DNA of 64,000 bases from Gekko japonicus (Eukaryota): positions 62,001 through 126,000 of the forward strand of contig NW_015163703.1 in NCBI RefSeq assembly GCF_001447785.1. Reading direction: 5' to 3'. The notes under the pieces are model-generated. The model saw only the letters and a list, made by a program, of their open reading frames with translations, did no database searches and was not told the origin of the DNA. Position numbers and translations under genes: made by a program. Positions 1-12,183 of the stretch are shown here, one piece after another (positions within the stretch are counted from its first letter, which is position 1; the number at the start of each line of letters is the position of its first letter).

Positions 1-106
1 TGATAACAAATTATAGAATAATAATACGGACATGAGTAAAGTTTGCTTAGGCAATTCAGTTCTCCTTAGAAAGGCAACTGTCACATAAAGAAGTGAAAAC
101 CCATCA

Positions 107-1180
107 TCTATATATCTAATTCCCAAGGTCCCCTCTGTGTGCAGATACTTATTTCCATGGATCTGGGTCACATGGAGGGTAAACAGATCTTCCAGCAAAC
201 TTGGGGCAGTCCCCATGTTTGCAGAAAAATCTAAAATGTTTTAAAAAGTATACAGGGATATTTATTTAAAAGTAAAATGGCTTACTCTGCGCAAGCGCAG
301 TGAATGGACTTCCTGAGTTGCGGGAAAAGCCACTGGAGCCACAAGGGAAGCTGCAACTGCAATAACTGTGTACCCTGCTACTGGGACAGTCCCCGTCAGG
401 CCCACCGGCAACAAAGACTTTCTAGCTTCAGCCAGCAGGTTTGTGCATTGGACTGCTGAGTAAAGGCAGCCGGCGGCTTCCCCGGGGAGGGAGGGCAGCT
501 GTGTCCCAGCTTCAGTTGAAGCACGAGAAGGCGAAGCCTGTGTCATTGGCCCCCCTCCCTCCTGCAACCAGGCTGGGGATGTTTGCTGTCCTGCAGCTGC
601 AAAAGGAGAGAAACAGAAAGAAGTGGGGTTCTGTGAGAGGGGAGAGAGAGACAGAGAAAGAATAGGGAATTGTCTGTTGGGGAGAGATAAAGAAAAGAAT
701 GGGAGATTGTCTGAGGGAGGGGGAGAGAAAGAGGAAGGGGAGATTGGGGGAGTAGAGAAAGAGTGAAGAGAAAGAGAGGGGCAGACTGAGGGGGTGGGAG
801 GAAAAGGACATTGGGAAGGGCTGAGGTAAGAGGGGGTGAGACATACAAGGGGTGAGAGGAGAAGGGGGTAAGAAATGATTGCTAGAGAATGCTCCCTCTA
901 AGCTGTGGAGTCTCATGAGCAAAAATTCTACTTTGTGAGCTACTGGCATTAAAGTTGTGAGCAAATGATTTGGCTGCTGCATAACTTAGTTTGCTCTGGA
1001 GCTATCCTTCCTGAGCTAAGACAAAAATGTGTGAGCCGGAGGCTAAAAAACTGTGAGCTCAGCTTAGAGGGAACACTGGCAGGGAAGAAAGCTGACATAA
1101 AGAGGTGAGGACTGCCTGCAACGAAGACTATGGTAGGGCCACAATACATTATGCAACATTTTGTTGCGGGTACCCTCTTG
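107..1180 (+). mobile_element. Non-autonomous Helitron-like element, CTTG-ended family, copy 1
   Basis: Starts A|TCTATATATCTAATTCCC. Has a 3' hairpin GCAACA-ttt-TGTTGC (1153-1167), then CTTG|T at 1177-1181. The first ~150 bp are homologous to 60445-60590. Confidence 0.65.
887..1078. mobile_element. hAT-like MITE nested in the Helitron-like element
   Basis: TIRs gaatgctccctctaagctg / cagcttagagggaacactg. A second copy lies at 54501-54705. No TSD recognisable. Confidence 0.75.
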
Positions 1181-1903
1181 TATTTACTAAATCAGAAGAT
1201 AACAGAGAAAGAGGGATTTACTCAGGACATTAAACAGAAATTAGGATAGGCCCAAATGGCATCTCCCAAGGCTTTTCAACTCTCAGATAACTTCAGAGTG
1301 CTAAACCTGCAAAAGCAGTACTTAAAACAAAGAAACTGAACAATGTTCCTATATGACTAATGTATTCCCCTCCTCCCCCAAATAAGCGCAACAGAGGGGA
1401 TTAGCAGATTACTGTTTCCAAAAGCCTTTCATCTCCTTCTTATGGTATTCTCCAAAATTCTGCCAGCACAATACAAAAATATATTGATTAGCACTGCTAG
1501 GGCCACTCACTTTGAGATACTGCAAGCTCACATAATGGGAAAATCAATTTGTATTGGACAGTCATACCAACATTTCTTACTTAGAATTATCCTTTATGGC
1601 AAAGATATATAGATTTTCTATCATAAAAAAGAACATAAGAATATAAGAAGATCACACAATGTAGTCCAGGATATTGTTTGCCACAGTGCTAGCCACAAAC
1701 ATCCCACAAAGGTGTACTGCATTTGAATATGGTAGTTTCATTTAACTGAAATGATTAATAGATTTCTTTTTCTTTCATGAATGTTTTAAGCCTTATTGAT
1801 GCTATCAGACCTAGTGGTAGTGGTGGGTACAGAGAAGAAAAATCATTATAGCTTCAGATCCAGGCTTTGGGCTGGGGGGTTACTATGATTGCTTATATCC
1901 GGG

Positions 1904-2895
1904 GTTTTTTTTTTGTTGTTGTTCAGTCGCACAGTTGAGTCCGACTCTTTGCGACCCCATGGACCAGAACACGCCAGGCCTTCATGTCCTCCGCCGTCCT
2001 CTGAAGTTCATTCAATTTCATGTTCGTTGCATCTATGACACTGTCTAACCATCTCATCCTTTGCCGTCCCCATCTTCTTTGACCTTCAATCTTTCCCAGC
2101 ATCAGGATCTTCTCCAGTGAGTGCTCCCTTCTCATTTGGTGGCCAAAGTATTTGAGCTTCAGTTTCATTATCTGGCCTTCCAGGGAACAGTCAGGGTTGA
2201 TTAGTTTTAGGATTGACTGATTTGATCTTCTTGCAGTCCAAGGGACTCTCAAGAGTCTTCTCCAGCACCATAGTTCAAAAGAATCTATTCTTCAGCGCTC
2301 AGCCTTCCTTATAGTCCAACTCTCGCACCCATACATGACTACTGGGAATACCATTGCTTTGACCATGCAGACTTTTGTTGGCAGGGTGATGTCTCTACTT
2401 TTTATCATGCTGTTTAGGTTCGCCATCGCTTTCCTCCCAAGGCGTCTTTTAATTTCATGGCTGCTGTCACAGTCTGCGGTGATCCGGGATCACAGGAACG
2501 TGAAGTCTGTCACTACTTCCACGACTTCCTCTTCTATTTGCCAAGGAGTGATGGGGCCAGATGCCATGATCTTAGTTTTTTTTTTATTATGTTGAGCTTC
2601 AAGCCCACTTTGCGCTCTCCTCTTTTACCCTGAGCAAGAGGTTCATTAGGTCCTCTTCACTTTCTGTCATTAGAGTGGTATCATCTGCATATTTGAGGTT
2701 GTTGATGTTTTCCCCAGCAATCTTAATTCCCGCTTGTGATTCATCCAGGCCAGCATTTCGCATGATGTACTCTGCATATATATATTAAATAAGCAAGGTG
2801 ACAATGTACATCCTTGCCGTACTCCTTTTCCTATGCGAAACCAATCAGTTGTTCCATATCCGGTTCTAATTGTCACTTCTTGACCCTTATACAGG
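1904..2895 (-). mobile_element. BovB (RTE clade) LINE, 5'-truncated
   Basis: RT motifs GVRQGCTLSPCLFNIY and frameshifted YADDTTL. C-terminus LKYFGHQMRREHSLEKILMLGKIEG..RMRWLD. (CAA)n/poly-A tail. TSD ttatatcc(g/a)gg at 1893-1903 and 2896-2906. Confidence 0.95.
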
Positions 2896-2906
2896 TTATA
2901 TCCAGG

Positions 2907-3092
2907 TAGGACATTACAATTTTAGGATTCAAATCTATAAGGTTTTGGAGTTTGAGACAACTGTTTTCAATGAGAAATGTATATGGAGGTCTGGGGTAGC
3001 TTTTTATAAAGATAATGGCACCAAATTTACACAGAACATATTCTTTCTAATCTAAATATTATCAAAGTTTTAAGGGAATTAGACCAAGAGGG
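2907..3092 (+). mobile_element. Probable L1 ORF2 fragment
   Basis: AT-rich segment resembling the late ORF2 of squamate L1; short and degenerate. Confidence 0.35.
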
Positions 3093-5494
3093 TCAATTTA
3101 AGAGGAAACCCCCCTCCCAAAGTAGATGCCTCCCAGTGAAAACCCACTCCAAAAATGAACTAAAGCACTCAAAAGCAGTGCAAGAAACTGAACAGCCCAT
3201 GGGCAATGCTCTTTCTAAATAAAACTGACCCTCGAAGCAAAACCCCAGGAGCTCAAAATCATCCAGATGCACTGGGAGAAGGTGAAATGCCGACTTAATG
3301 TCACATTTTCCCATCTCCGTGCCTTGTCCACAGCTGCGCACAATGTGCACTGCCTAATCAAAGGATGTGTACCGGACTGAGCACAACTCCTCGGGTATGG
3401 CATCATTGACTGAGCCGCCCCTAGGGTAGGAAAGATGGTGGATCAACCTGAACTCCCCAGGTGCTTTTTTAGGCACAATGCCTAAAGGGGAAACACGGAG
3501 GTTTGGCACTGGGGGGGGAGGAAAAGGTCCGAGGACCCGCCCTTCCCGCAACTCCTTTTCAATTTTATTCCTAATGACATGTTCCATGCCCGTATGGAGC
3601 GGAGATTATGTGCCATAACAGGTGCCCATTTCCCTTGAAAGAGTATATGAAAACCTAGGGAAAAACCCTCCAACAGGTACAAAGCATCAACGTGTAAAGG
3701 ATAAGTGTGTAACAGCTTCTTAAGCACTTTCAATCTTATGGGTGTTGGCCCCCTTTCCATTCCCTTGCCCAGGACCACCGCTGTCTGGCCTCCTGTGACC
3801 CCGGTGGGGCTTACCCCCGAAGCAAGCGGAAAAAGGGTGTCGGCTGGCGCACAAGGGACACTCATGCCTAAACTGGCATGCTTTCCGATTGCACACCCCG
3901 TGTGCCCCAAATTCCCAACAAATTTGGCGGGAGTGAACCACCCTCCCCACCTGAGGGCGGGGACTGAAAGGCACAGACACGCGGTCCACCAGATGGTCAC
4001 TATGAGAATGATCCCCAATGTTCGGCCTAGAAGAGGCCATAACCTGCAACCAGAGATGAGGGTGGATCTGGTCCCAACGTAAAGAGGGATTCATGGTTGC
4101 CCACATCCTAAACTCCTCATCATACTGCAGCCAGGCAGGGCCAGTAAAGCCAGTGTAACCTATTGTAAATAATATCAAAGTATTGAAACAAGGATGCTTC
4201 CCAGTAGGGCTGTGCCTTAGAAAGCACCCCAGCGTATACTAGAAAACCGGCCACCCAGTTCGCCCAGGTCTTATCCACTTTCATTCTCCTATACTTTTCC
4301 TTGTCCCTCTCCTCAAGATCCTCCTTCTATTTCTTTTCTAATTCACAGTATAAAAGGCTAAAAACATCTACAAACTCGCCCCTGCATATCCTATCCCTGG
4401 TAGCTGGGAGCAGGTGGTCACCCAGCGGAAGTGCCAGATCACCAAATGGAAGGGCAGCAGCGGAAGCCCCCACATAAGACACACCACAAGGCGATGGACC
4501 ACCCCACCACGGCATACTAATGCTGCAGCAGTCTTGTGATGACAAAGGCTTGCAGCCAGACTGAGGGGCACCATGTGGTGTGGCGGTGCAGCTAGCCTGC
4601 CCACATCCAAGGCCACATGCCGGATAACTCAGAACAGGCACTGATCCTTCCCCAAGGCCAAGAACACCCCGTGTGATGAGCGCTGCACTTACTATCCACC
4701 GAGGAAGGGCCGGCCAGGAGCTCCTCTGGGGCCTGCTGTTCCGAAGGCATCATCGCTGCATGGGCACCATCTTCCAAGATCTCCAAGGTCCTGTCCGTGC
4801 CAGCCATCACCATGGCAGAATGCCCTTCAACAATGGACAAACGCGTTAGCACTTCTGCCTGAAATCATTAGCTGATGCCTGGGTTTCTTTTTTGCCTCCT
4901 GCCCCACCAGCTGCCCGAGCAGCTTCTACAGCTAACAGCCGGTCCAAAATAGCTTGCTGGACACCATCACCATCATCATCTGACGAGGACAGTGCCGGGG
5001 CAGGCCACTTAGGCGGTGGCTTGAGAGCAGGCTGCTTCCCTTTGGAACGCCCTGATCCCGTCTTTGGAGCCATAATCGAAACTCAAACTTAAAACCCTGA
5101 AAAACAAAATGGCCACTGCACTTAAATTACAAAATGGCAGCTTCCCAATGCACCCTACCAAAAGCAAGCAGCCACTACCAAATGGCTGCTCCCTTGCAAG
5201 GGCAACACATGCCCAGGGCAGCAGAAAAACCCCAAACAGATAAACAGGTCAGATGGGCCCTCCAAAAAAAAAAAACCCCTTTTCAAATTCGTGCAGCCAG
5301 AAGGGATTGTGCACAACTTGGGGCCCTTTTGACAAATGTCCCTATAAAAACAGGGGGGGGGGTTGAATCGGATGGCCGGAGTCACTCACCTCCTGACCTC
5401 CTTCCTGGACACAGGTCCCCAAATACCGCCCTGCCATGCCCACCACACCACAGAGCACCCGCAACATTCACAGTGCCCACTAAAACTGATTTGA

Positions 5495-5704
5495 TGAAAT
5501 AACAAGTAAACTGTTGGAAGTAGCGGAAATAGATAAACTGAATATGTATTTACAAGGGGGAAACGATGAAGATTTTCTAGATAGATGGGTTGGATTGTAT
5601 AAATGGTTGGAAAAAAAGAGTGGACTCTGAAAATATATGTAATACTGTATAAGGAACAAATGTATGTAAAACCCTAAAATAAAAGTTTAAAAAAATAAAA
5701 TAAA
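5495..5704 (+). mobile_element. L1-type 3' end inserted in the Ngaro leader
   Basis: AATAAA plus A-rich tail. TSD taaaactga(t/a)ttga at 5481-5494 and 5705-5718. Confidence 0.75.
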
Positions 5705-5982
5705 TAAAACTGAATTGAGAGCCCACCCCCCAGGCAAGCCCCCAAACCATCCTAGCTGAAGGGCAAACACCTGCACAAAAAGGGGAGACGCCGCAGCCAA
5801 GCCTCACCCTCAGCTGCAAGCAAACAAAGCTCCTGCAACACCGCCACCGCCGAGCTCCATGCCTCCAGCCGCACTGCCCTTCCGATCCGGCTCCCAGCGA
5901 TCGCGCTGTCCCCGAGCCAGCCGCTGCCAATCAAGCTGTTAGGGAAAATCCCCGTTAGGAGATTAATCCTTTAGCCCAAATC

Positions 5983-7069
5983 TGTTTTATGTACGACAGG
6001 GGCTTGTGGGTTCTTTTGACCAGTGTATACAGAGGGCAGAATCAGAACAGAGACTCCTTTTTCCCCATAGAAAGAGACAACACGACTGGATGTTTATAAA
6101 ATCAATTGTTCTCTTTACTGAATAATAGTTGAATCCACAATAGTTGGAATCCACAATAGTTGAATCCAAAACAGATTCAATCTCACACACTCACAAGTTC
6201 CTTAAGATACAATAGAAATGGAAAGCAATCAGTATGGAAAATAATAACCTTTAACTAAGTGGATGGGAACACAGAAAAGGGTAACGGTTATACTTATCTG
6301 ATCCAGAAGGGAGTTTGAACTTCTCAATGAAGAATGCGGGAACAAAAGGTCTAGCTAGAGGGATTCTCCTTCACATGGATGGAACCAGCCAACATGTGTG
6401 GGCTTCTTGGCCACGGTCCAAGTAAGCACGGGAGAATTACCTTCAGTAGAACTTGAGTTGCCTAGGTGGGGTAAAGATGGCTAGCGTGGAACAAAGGTTG
6501 AACCTTGCCTTTTAAAACCTAGTTTGGGAGTTGGCATCTGTGCCAACCTCATACCTGTAGTCCGTCCCATTCCCTATACCTATTGGTTACTGGGATGTGA
6601 CGTATCTACCTAGAGGGAGTGGGCAATATTCAAATCTTAACCTATAACTCAATGGAAGCATCTGGTCAAGGTGTGAAGTTGTATTGCCAAGGAAACCTTT
6701 GATGTGTAGATGCTCTAGCTGGTTCCCAAGCTGTAAACAGGAAGAAGTCACTTTCAGATGCAAACCAGATATCAGGGTTACGTGTTAACCAGGAATTCCT
6801 TGATGGTGGAGGACCTGTTGTTTGTGAAAGTCCTCGTGGCTGACTGTAATGGAGAATGCCTTCTTCTTTCCAGGCAGGGCGAGTAGGTGTGTGTATGTGT
6901 CTTCATTAGCATATTGGTGCAGGCAGAGCACATCAGTATAGCAGCTTCCAAATGCAGGCAGTCTAAAGCACACAGTTTTCCCAACCCATACACAAATGCA
7001 AGTACATTCCAAACATACAAACGTCAGCACAATACAAATAAAATACAATTTCAAGCACATCTCTTAACA
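5983..7069 (-). mobile_element. Solo LTR (Gypsy-type) nested in the Ngaro leader
   Basis: TGTT...AACA ends with flanks aatc/aagc (imperfect 4-bp TSD). Shares blocks (acgacag, gactgg.gttt..aaaat, tctttactga, aaatgcaggca) with 49155-50123. Confidence 0.6.
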
Positions 7070-7277
7070 AAGCCAACCCCGAGCCCATGGACGCCTCCGA
7101 TCCACCGACCAGAGCACCGCCGACTCAGCCATGCCGCTTCTGACGTGGAGAGCCCCGCAGCCCTTAGGCGTCAGCCCGAGGAGGACCTCCTGAGCAAAGC
7201 AGCCCCAGCAGGCAGGCCCAAAACACCCAGCCACCAACAGAGCTCCTTCCCCCGGCCGATGACTAAACGGGACTGCT

Positions 7278-9933
7278 GAAGCCATAGGCCAGAAGGGAAG
7301 CCATGCTAACTTTATGATATGACTGAACAGTGGCTCTGACTGACAAGCTTCATTGTGATGGATTGCTACATAGACAATACTTAAGCCTTTATACTCTCCG
7401 GCCCCTCCCTTCCAGAATACTCGTATGGGCGCGTTAGTGCCCAAACAAACTGCCTGCCCCTTTCTATCTGGGCGGCAAAGTCATCCCATCAGCCCAATGG
7501 CTGCGGACTGCTGACACATGTTATTCTCGCCATGAAAAGGAGCAAGTCAGGAGAGATTGCAAAGAGTCCCTGCAAAAGAGAAAAGGGGCTCTTGTTCCTG
7601 AGGAGCAATGTGTTTTTGAGGAGTCCCATGAGTACCAGGAGATGCGGGGAAAAGAATCTCCAGATGTTAAAATTCCCCAGGTCACAGTTGTTAAGGAGAG
7701 TAAACAGCTTCATGCTCAGTGGCCCCAAACAGAGCAGATTCAATGGCAAAGGACAGAGCTGATGGCTTGGGAAAAGTCAGCCCCTGAAGCCCCCTTGGAT
7801 GATAGAGCGCCTGGAGGCAGAATGACCAAGGTACTCCCCTTCAAGTTGTTTTTTCCCTTGGCCCAGAAAAAAAATGGCTTGAAAAATTGAGAAAGGATAC
7901 TTTTATTGTGGGGGCAAGGTACTGTTCTCCCTGTGTTTGTAGACACGGGGTCAGATTTCAAGTCTGTGCCAAGAAGTGATTTGAACAAACCTGTGAAGTG
8001 TGTTGGAGAGATGCTGATTCAAACCTATAACACAGAGATCTCCAATCAGCCCATGGCTCTGGTGCATGTAAAGCTTCCAGAAGGGGAGGAAGAGTTACCC
8101 ATCCTGTTCCATTCAAATGGGGACAGAATGTCCCTTGTTGGTGGCAATTTGTTATTCAGGCAAACCATGGGTAAAAACACTGGGACTGTAGCTCAACAGA
8201 ACCTTTTGGGCTGATGGGCTGTGGGAGACAAGCTGGCTAAACACGAATCTGCTAGTGAAACAGGCTCTACGAAGGGGCATCCTGACGCTGTGACCTTGCA
8301 GGCAGAGGCAGCAGTAAGTTTGAATCTTTCACCAACTTTTAAGGAGGTGCAGCCTAATTGCGAGGTGATGCAGACAGAGCTTACGGTGAGTTTGCAGTCA
8401 TCAGAGGCTTTTAAAGAGGCACGTCTTACTTGTGAAAGACTGAAGGACTGCCATTTGCAGGCTGATACCATGCCACCAGAGCTGAATAGGGTTGTAATTG
8501 CCCAATTTGTGTGGAATAAGAGACTATTGTATTGAGAATACCTGACAAAAAAACACTCCGAATGGACTAAGCCAATTCAACTGCTTGTTATTCCCCCGTG
8601 ATACAGAAAGAAAATTTTAAGGTGGCGCACAACAATTCCTTTGCAGGCCATCTGGGCATAGAAGAAACACTGGCCAGAATCACTTGATCCCTTTTTTTTT
8701 TGGCCTGATGTAACTAAAACTGTGCAGACCTATTATAATACCTGTGGAGTCTGTGTTTTCTATAAAGGCTATGGGAAACAGGAAAAGGGGCCTTTGTCCC
8801 ATTTGATGGGTAGGTTGACAAAACTGAAGGCATAGTGTGTGTGTAGAGGGTTTCTATCCTGAATCCCCCACAGGAGAGTGAATCAAACCAAGCACTGAAA
8901 TGTTTTCAATTCTCTTTTTTAATTTGCTTGGCAGAAAAGATTTGATTGCTCCTTGCATTGAGATTGGCATGCAGCTTCCCATAAGATCTAGCCCTTACTC
9001 ATTCAACAGAAGCTGTTGCTTCTGGAATTTAACAAATGTGGAAGTGGGGGTGAGTAAATCTTGGGGGAAAGATCCCTTTGATAGTTCCTGTTTTAATATG
9101 TATGCTCTGCTTTGCTTGTTATATCTTGTTGCTATAATAACATTAATCCACCTTGATTTATAGGAATGTAGATCATAGTGGTTTTGCCTAGAAATGTAGA
9201 GCTTCAACCATGGTCATACCATGGATCTCAACTTTAAAAAGGAGGGGGGAATGTGAGGCAAAGCACTCTGATTTGCCTTAAGAGTTAACGTGAATATTAG
9301 CAGGCCTGCTCTGGCTTGCAGGTGACTGTAATTGGGCCTCCCTGCTGACACTATCCTTATCTCTCTCAAGCCTGGATTCAAGAATATGGTAATTGGCTAA
9401 TTGTGAAAACCTGTGTTCAAGTTTGTAACTAGATGGAAGGGGGGGAAGCGGGAGTGGATGTCATCATCTTCTAGAGGGTTCCATCAAGTGAGTTTCCTGA
9501 TTGGATTTGGGAGACCACCTGGTGCCAGACGGCCAAAGACTATAATTAAGCCATAGGCCAGAAGGGAAGCCATGCTAACTTTATGATATGATTGAACAGT
9601 GGCTCTGACTGACAAGCTTCATTGTTATGGATTGCTACATAGACAATACTTAAGCCTCTAACTTGGACTCATATTCTAAGAAGGTGTGCCATCTGATTCC
9701 AGATATTGTAGTATAGATAGAAAGTTAGCTTTTCTTATTTTCTTGCCATTGGATTGCAGAGACTGTGTTGGCTAGTGATATCTTGTTTTTTAAAACCATT
9801 TAATACATCCTTATACATTTTTACAAAGGTCTGGTTTCTCATGTACACATAACATTGAGGACCTACGGATCTGAGCTTTGCTTGCTATATAGAAGGGTAA
9901 TGGTTTAGGGGGCCCAGGCTTGGGTTCTCAACA
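7278..9933 (+). mobile_element. Gmr1-like Gypsy LTR retrotransposon, non-autonomous and decayed
   Basis: One frame carries a degenerate zinc knuckle CYSRHEKEQVRRDC (7519-7560) and protease VFVDTGSDF. Directly after comes the integrase HHCC region (LLY*E..QLLVIP..AHNNSFAGHLG..FWPDV..CGVC, 8521-8754, with frameshifts). PPT aaaaaggagggggga at 9236-9250. 3' LTR 9252-9933. A 110-bp piece of the same LTR lies at 7278-7388. Confidence 0.85.
9252..9933 (+). repeat. 3' LTR of the Gmr1-like element
   Basis: TGTGAG start one base after the PPT, ...CTCAACA end. 9548-9657 is near-identical to 7278-7388. Confidence 0.8.
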
Positions 9934-10064
9934 AACAGCTATTTCCATGTACATCTATGGCTTGAGTATTTGGTTATGTACACCCCTCTCTAATGGTAAA
10001 TAAAGGCATCAAATGACAGCAAATTCCACAAATTACATAGAGTGAAGCAATACTTTGTTTTTTA

Positions 10065-10170
10065 ATCAGTCCTAAGTAGGCCTACTCAGCAATAAGTCCC
10101 ACTGTACCCAATAGGACCCAATGTATTCAATGAGACTTACTCCCACAAAAATGCTCTTAGGATTGCCACC
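10065..10170. mobile_element. Short palindromic MITE (family also at ~22750-22862, ~50620-50700, ~59920-60442)
   Basis: Shared core aatcctaa..taagtccc/gacttactcc..ttaggattg in several dispersed copies. Confidence 0.55.
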
Positions 10171-11265
10171 TTTGTCCATTACAAAAGGTATTTGCCAACT
10201 GACATTTCTAGACAGAAAATTAAGGATTACTCCTGAAAATTATATATAATATTAAAAGGGAAGTAGAATTGCCATCATCACTTCTCCCAAATGAATATAT
10301 GAGACAGCCATATTTCACTTTAACCAGTTTATTTAAACAGTTTACCTACATGATACTTATTAATATATTTAAGGACAGCTTGCCCAGTGGCTACCATCAT
10401 ATGGGTGACTTCACCCTGGCTCCTTACTCTGTACATGAACTGTGTTGAGCCCCCACCCCCGCACGTGACACACAGAGAAGCAAGTGTTTGATTGATGTTG
10501 CTGGGCACCAAGAACATTCCTTCCAAACCTGTTGTATGATGGCATTCATAATTTGATGCTTCAGTTATGCCCTGTGCCTTGTTTGATTTCTGAAAAGGGT
10601 GGAACAATAACCTCCCCAGCCTTTAGTGACTTGAATACCTTTATATTCAGCAAGTATAGTTAAACTCCATTTCCTTTGAATTGATGCTATTCTGTTTTAA
10701 CCAACCACTGAGAGTTCAAGCCAGGCACTCAATTTTGAAAATGTGGAGTTCCTAATGTCTTTTAGACAAAAGTGTAGTTTGGACCAGCTTTACTAGAGAG
10801 CTAGCAATGTAATGGTTCATTTTGCCAGATAATGGCAATTTTAAGTTGAAACTGTACTTGTCATTATAAAAATAGTTTTTGAAATGTTTGCACAGTTGCA
10901 CTTTTTCAGCATTTGCATTTCCCATTTAGATGGGCACAAGCTGTGAAAGCTGTCTTGAGAAAAGCTTCATATAAATGCAGCAATATGTTTCCTGGTAGGC
11001 AGTTTGAGAGGACCAAGACTGGAAGGGGAAAAGATAACAGGTGGATGCAACATGAAGGAGACTGAAGGGAAGGTGTGGGTCTGCTGATAGCGGTTTCTAG
11101 GGGTAGCATAGTGCTTTCCAATGAGTCCTCTGCATCACTTGGAAATAATAATAGTATGTCCTTGTGCAATTAGCTCTAATACTTCCCAAGCACAGACACA
11201 TTTGATTGCCTTATTCAAGTGTAGAGGAAAGCACAAAGACAAACAATTTGCAAAGAAATGTGAAC

Positions 11266-11408
11266 AAGCAGTATCTCAGGAGCAGTTCTTAAAAGAGCTC
11301 CCTCAGTCCCACCTACCTCACAGGGTGTCTGTTGTAGGGAGGGGAAGGGAAAGGAGATTGTAAGCCGCTCTGAAACTCCTTCTGGTAGTGAAGGGTGGGG
11401 TATAAATC

Positions 11409-11447
<39 letters not shown>
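11266..11447 (+). mobile_element. Squam3-type SINE, 5'-truncated, with (CT)n tail
   Basis: cagtcccacctacctcacagggtgtctgttg..gattgtaagccgctctga..tataaatccaatc, shared with 32238, 38470 and 45281. Confidence 0.85.
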
Positions 11448-11450
<3 letters not shown>

Positions 11451-11622
11451 ACCACTATATTTATACACTGACTTGCTTAAAAAGAAAAAAAGCAAGGTGT
11501 TCAACCAAGGAACATTAAGTGTGAACTGTTGAAAGCAGGGTAATGAAAGAAACCATACTATTTTGCCCTCTCTGGAATGATGAGCTGGTGGCAGCTGAGT
11601 CTGCTTGGGTGTTTGTAGGTAC

Positions 11623-12180
11623 ACTTTTATTATTTTCCATATTATACACTAACAAACATACATACAACACATCACCAACACCCATTTACAAACAAAAACA
11701 TACAATGAGATCAGTATATTTTCTTCCAACTCTATTACCATATTAAAAATTTCTTATGGTTTGCTTAAGTTTCTGTGTACTCCTTTTTACCATAGTTTCT
11801 ATTTAACTAAAAGAGATTAATCCTACCAAAAGTTTCATTACTTCATTACTTTAAATTATGCATTTATATTGTACCAGTCATACAGTTTTTTCCACATCTT
11901 TTGGAATGTTGGGTCTGTTGTCACTCTTATCAACGATGACAGTTTATCATTTTCCGCTGTCTCCAACAGTTTATTCACATACTCTTGCTTCTTTGGTGCT
12001 TCCATTTGTTTCCAATATTTTGCATATAATATTCTTGCTGCCGTAGATAGAAGCACTATCAAATATCTATTGCCTTTATCAAAGTCCTTTGCAAATATGC
12101 TTTGGTATTTTTAATGGTGTAGTTTATACATTAGCCTTTATTCATAACATAAGATCATTTTTTAAAATTAAATTCTCTAC
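11623..12180 (-). mobile_element. L1 LINE 3' fragment
   Basis: ORF2 C-terminus STAARILYAKYWK...FQKMWKKLYDW; poly(A)-like end at ~11625. Confidence 0.8.
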
Positions 12181-12183
12181 TAT

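Larger units (their letters stand above)
3093..7277 (-). mobile_element. Ngaro/DIRS tyrosine-recombinase retrotransposon, decayed and 3'-truncated
   Basis: ORF1 runs from MAPKTGSGRSKGK (5073) through WLQYDEEFR to a Cys/His finger (ICWEFGAHGVCNRKACQFRHECPLCASRH). An overlapping RT has ELREGRVLGPF..LRVSPLGIVPKKAPGEFRLIHHLSYP, DIKSAF and LPMGCSVS. RNase H and recombinase are absent. A GC-rich leader continues at 5710-5982 and 7070-7277. Confidence 0.88.

Noticed and set aside
887-1078. 8-bp TSDs for the hAT-like MITEs at 887, 23404 and 54501
   Set aside because: The flanks do not match, so classification rests on TIRs only.
262-1149. Several ORFs with low-complexity S/L/P/F products
   Set aside because: Translations of a purine-rich tract inside a non-autonomous element.
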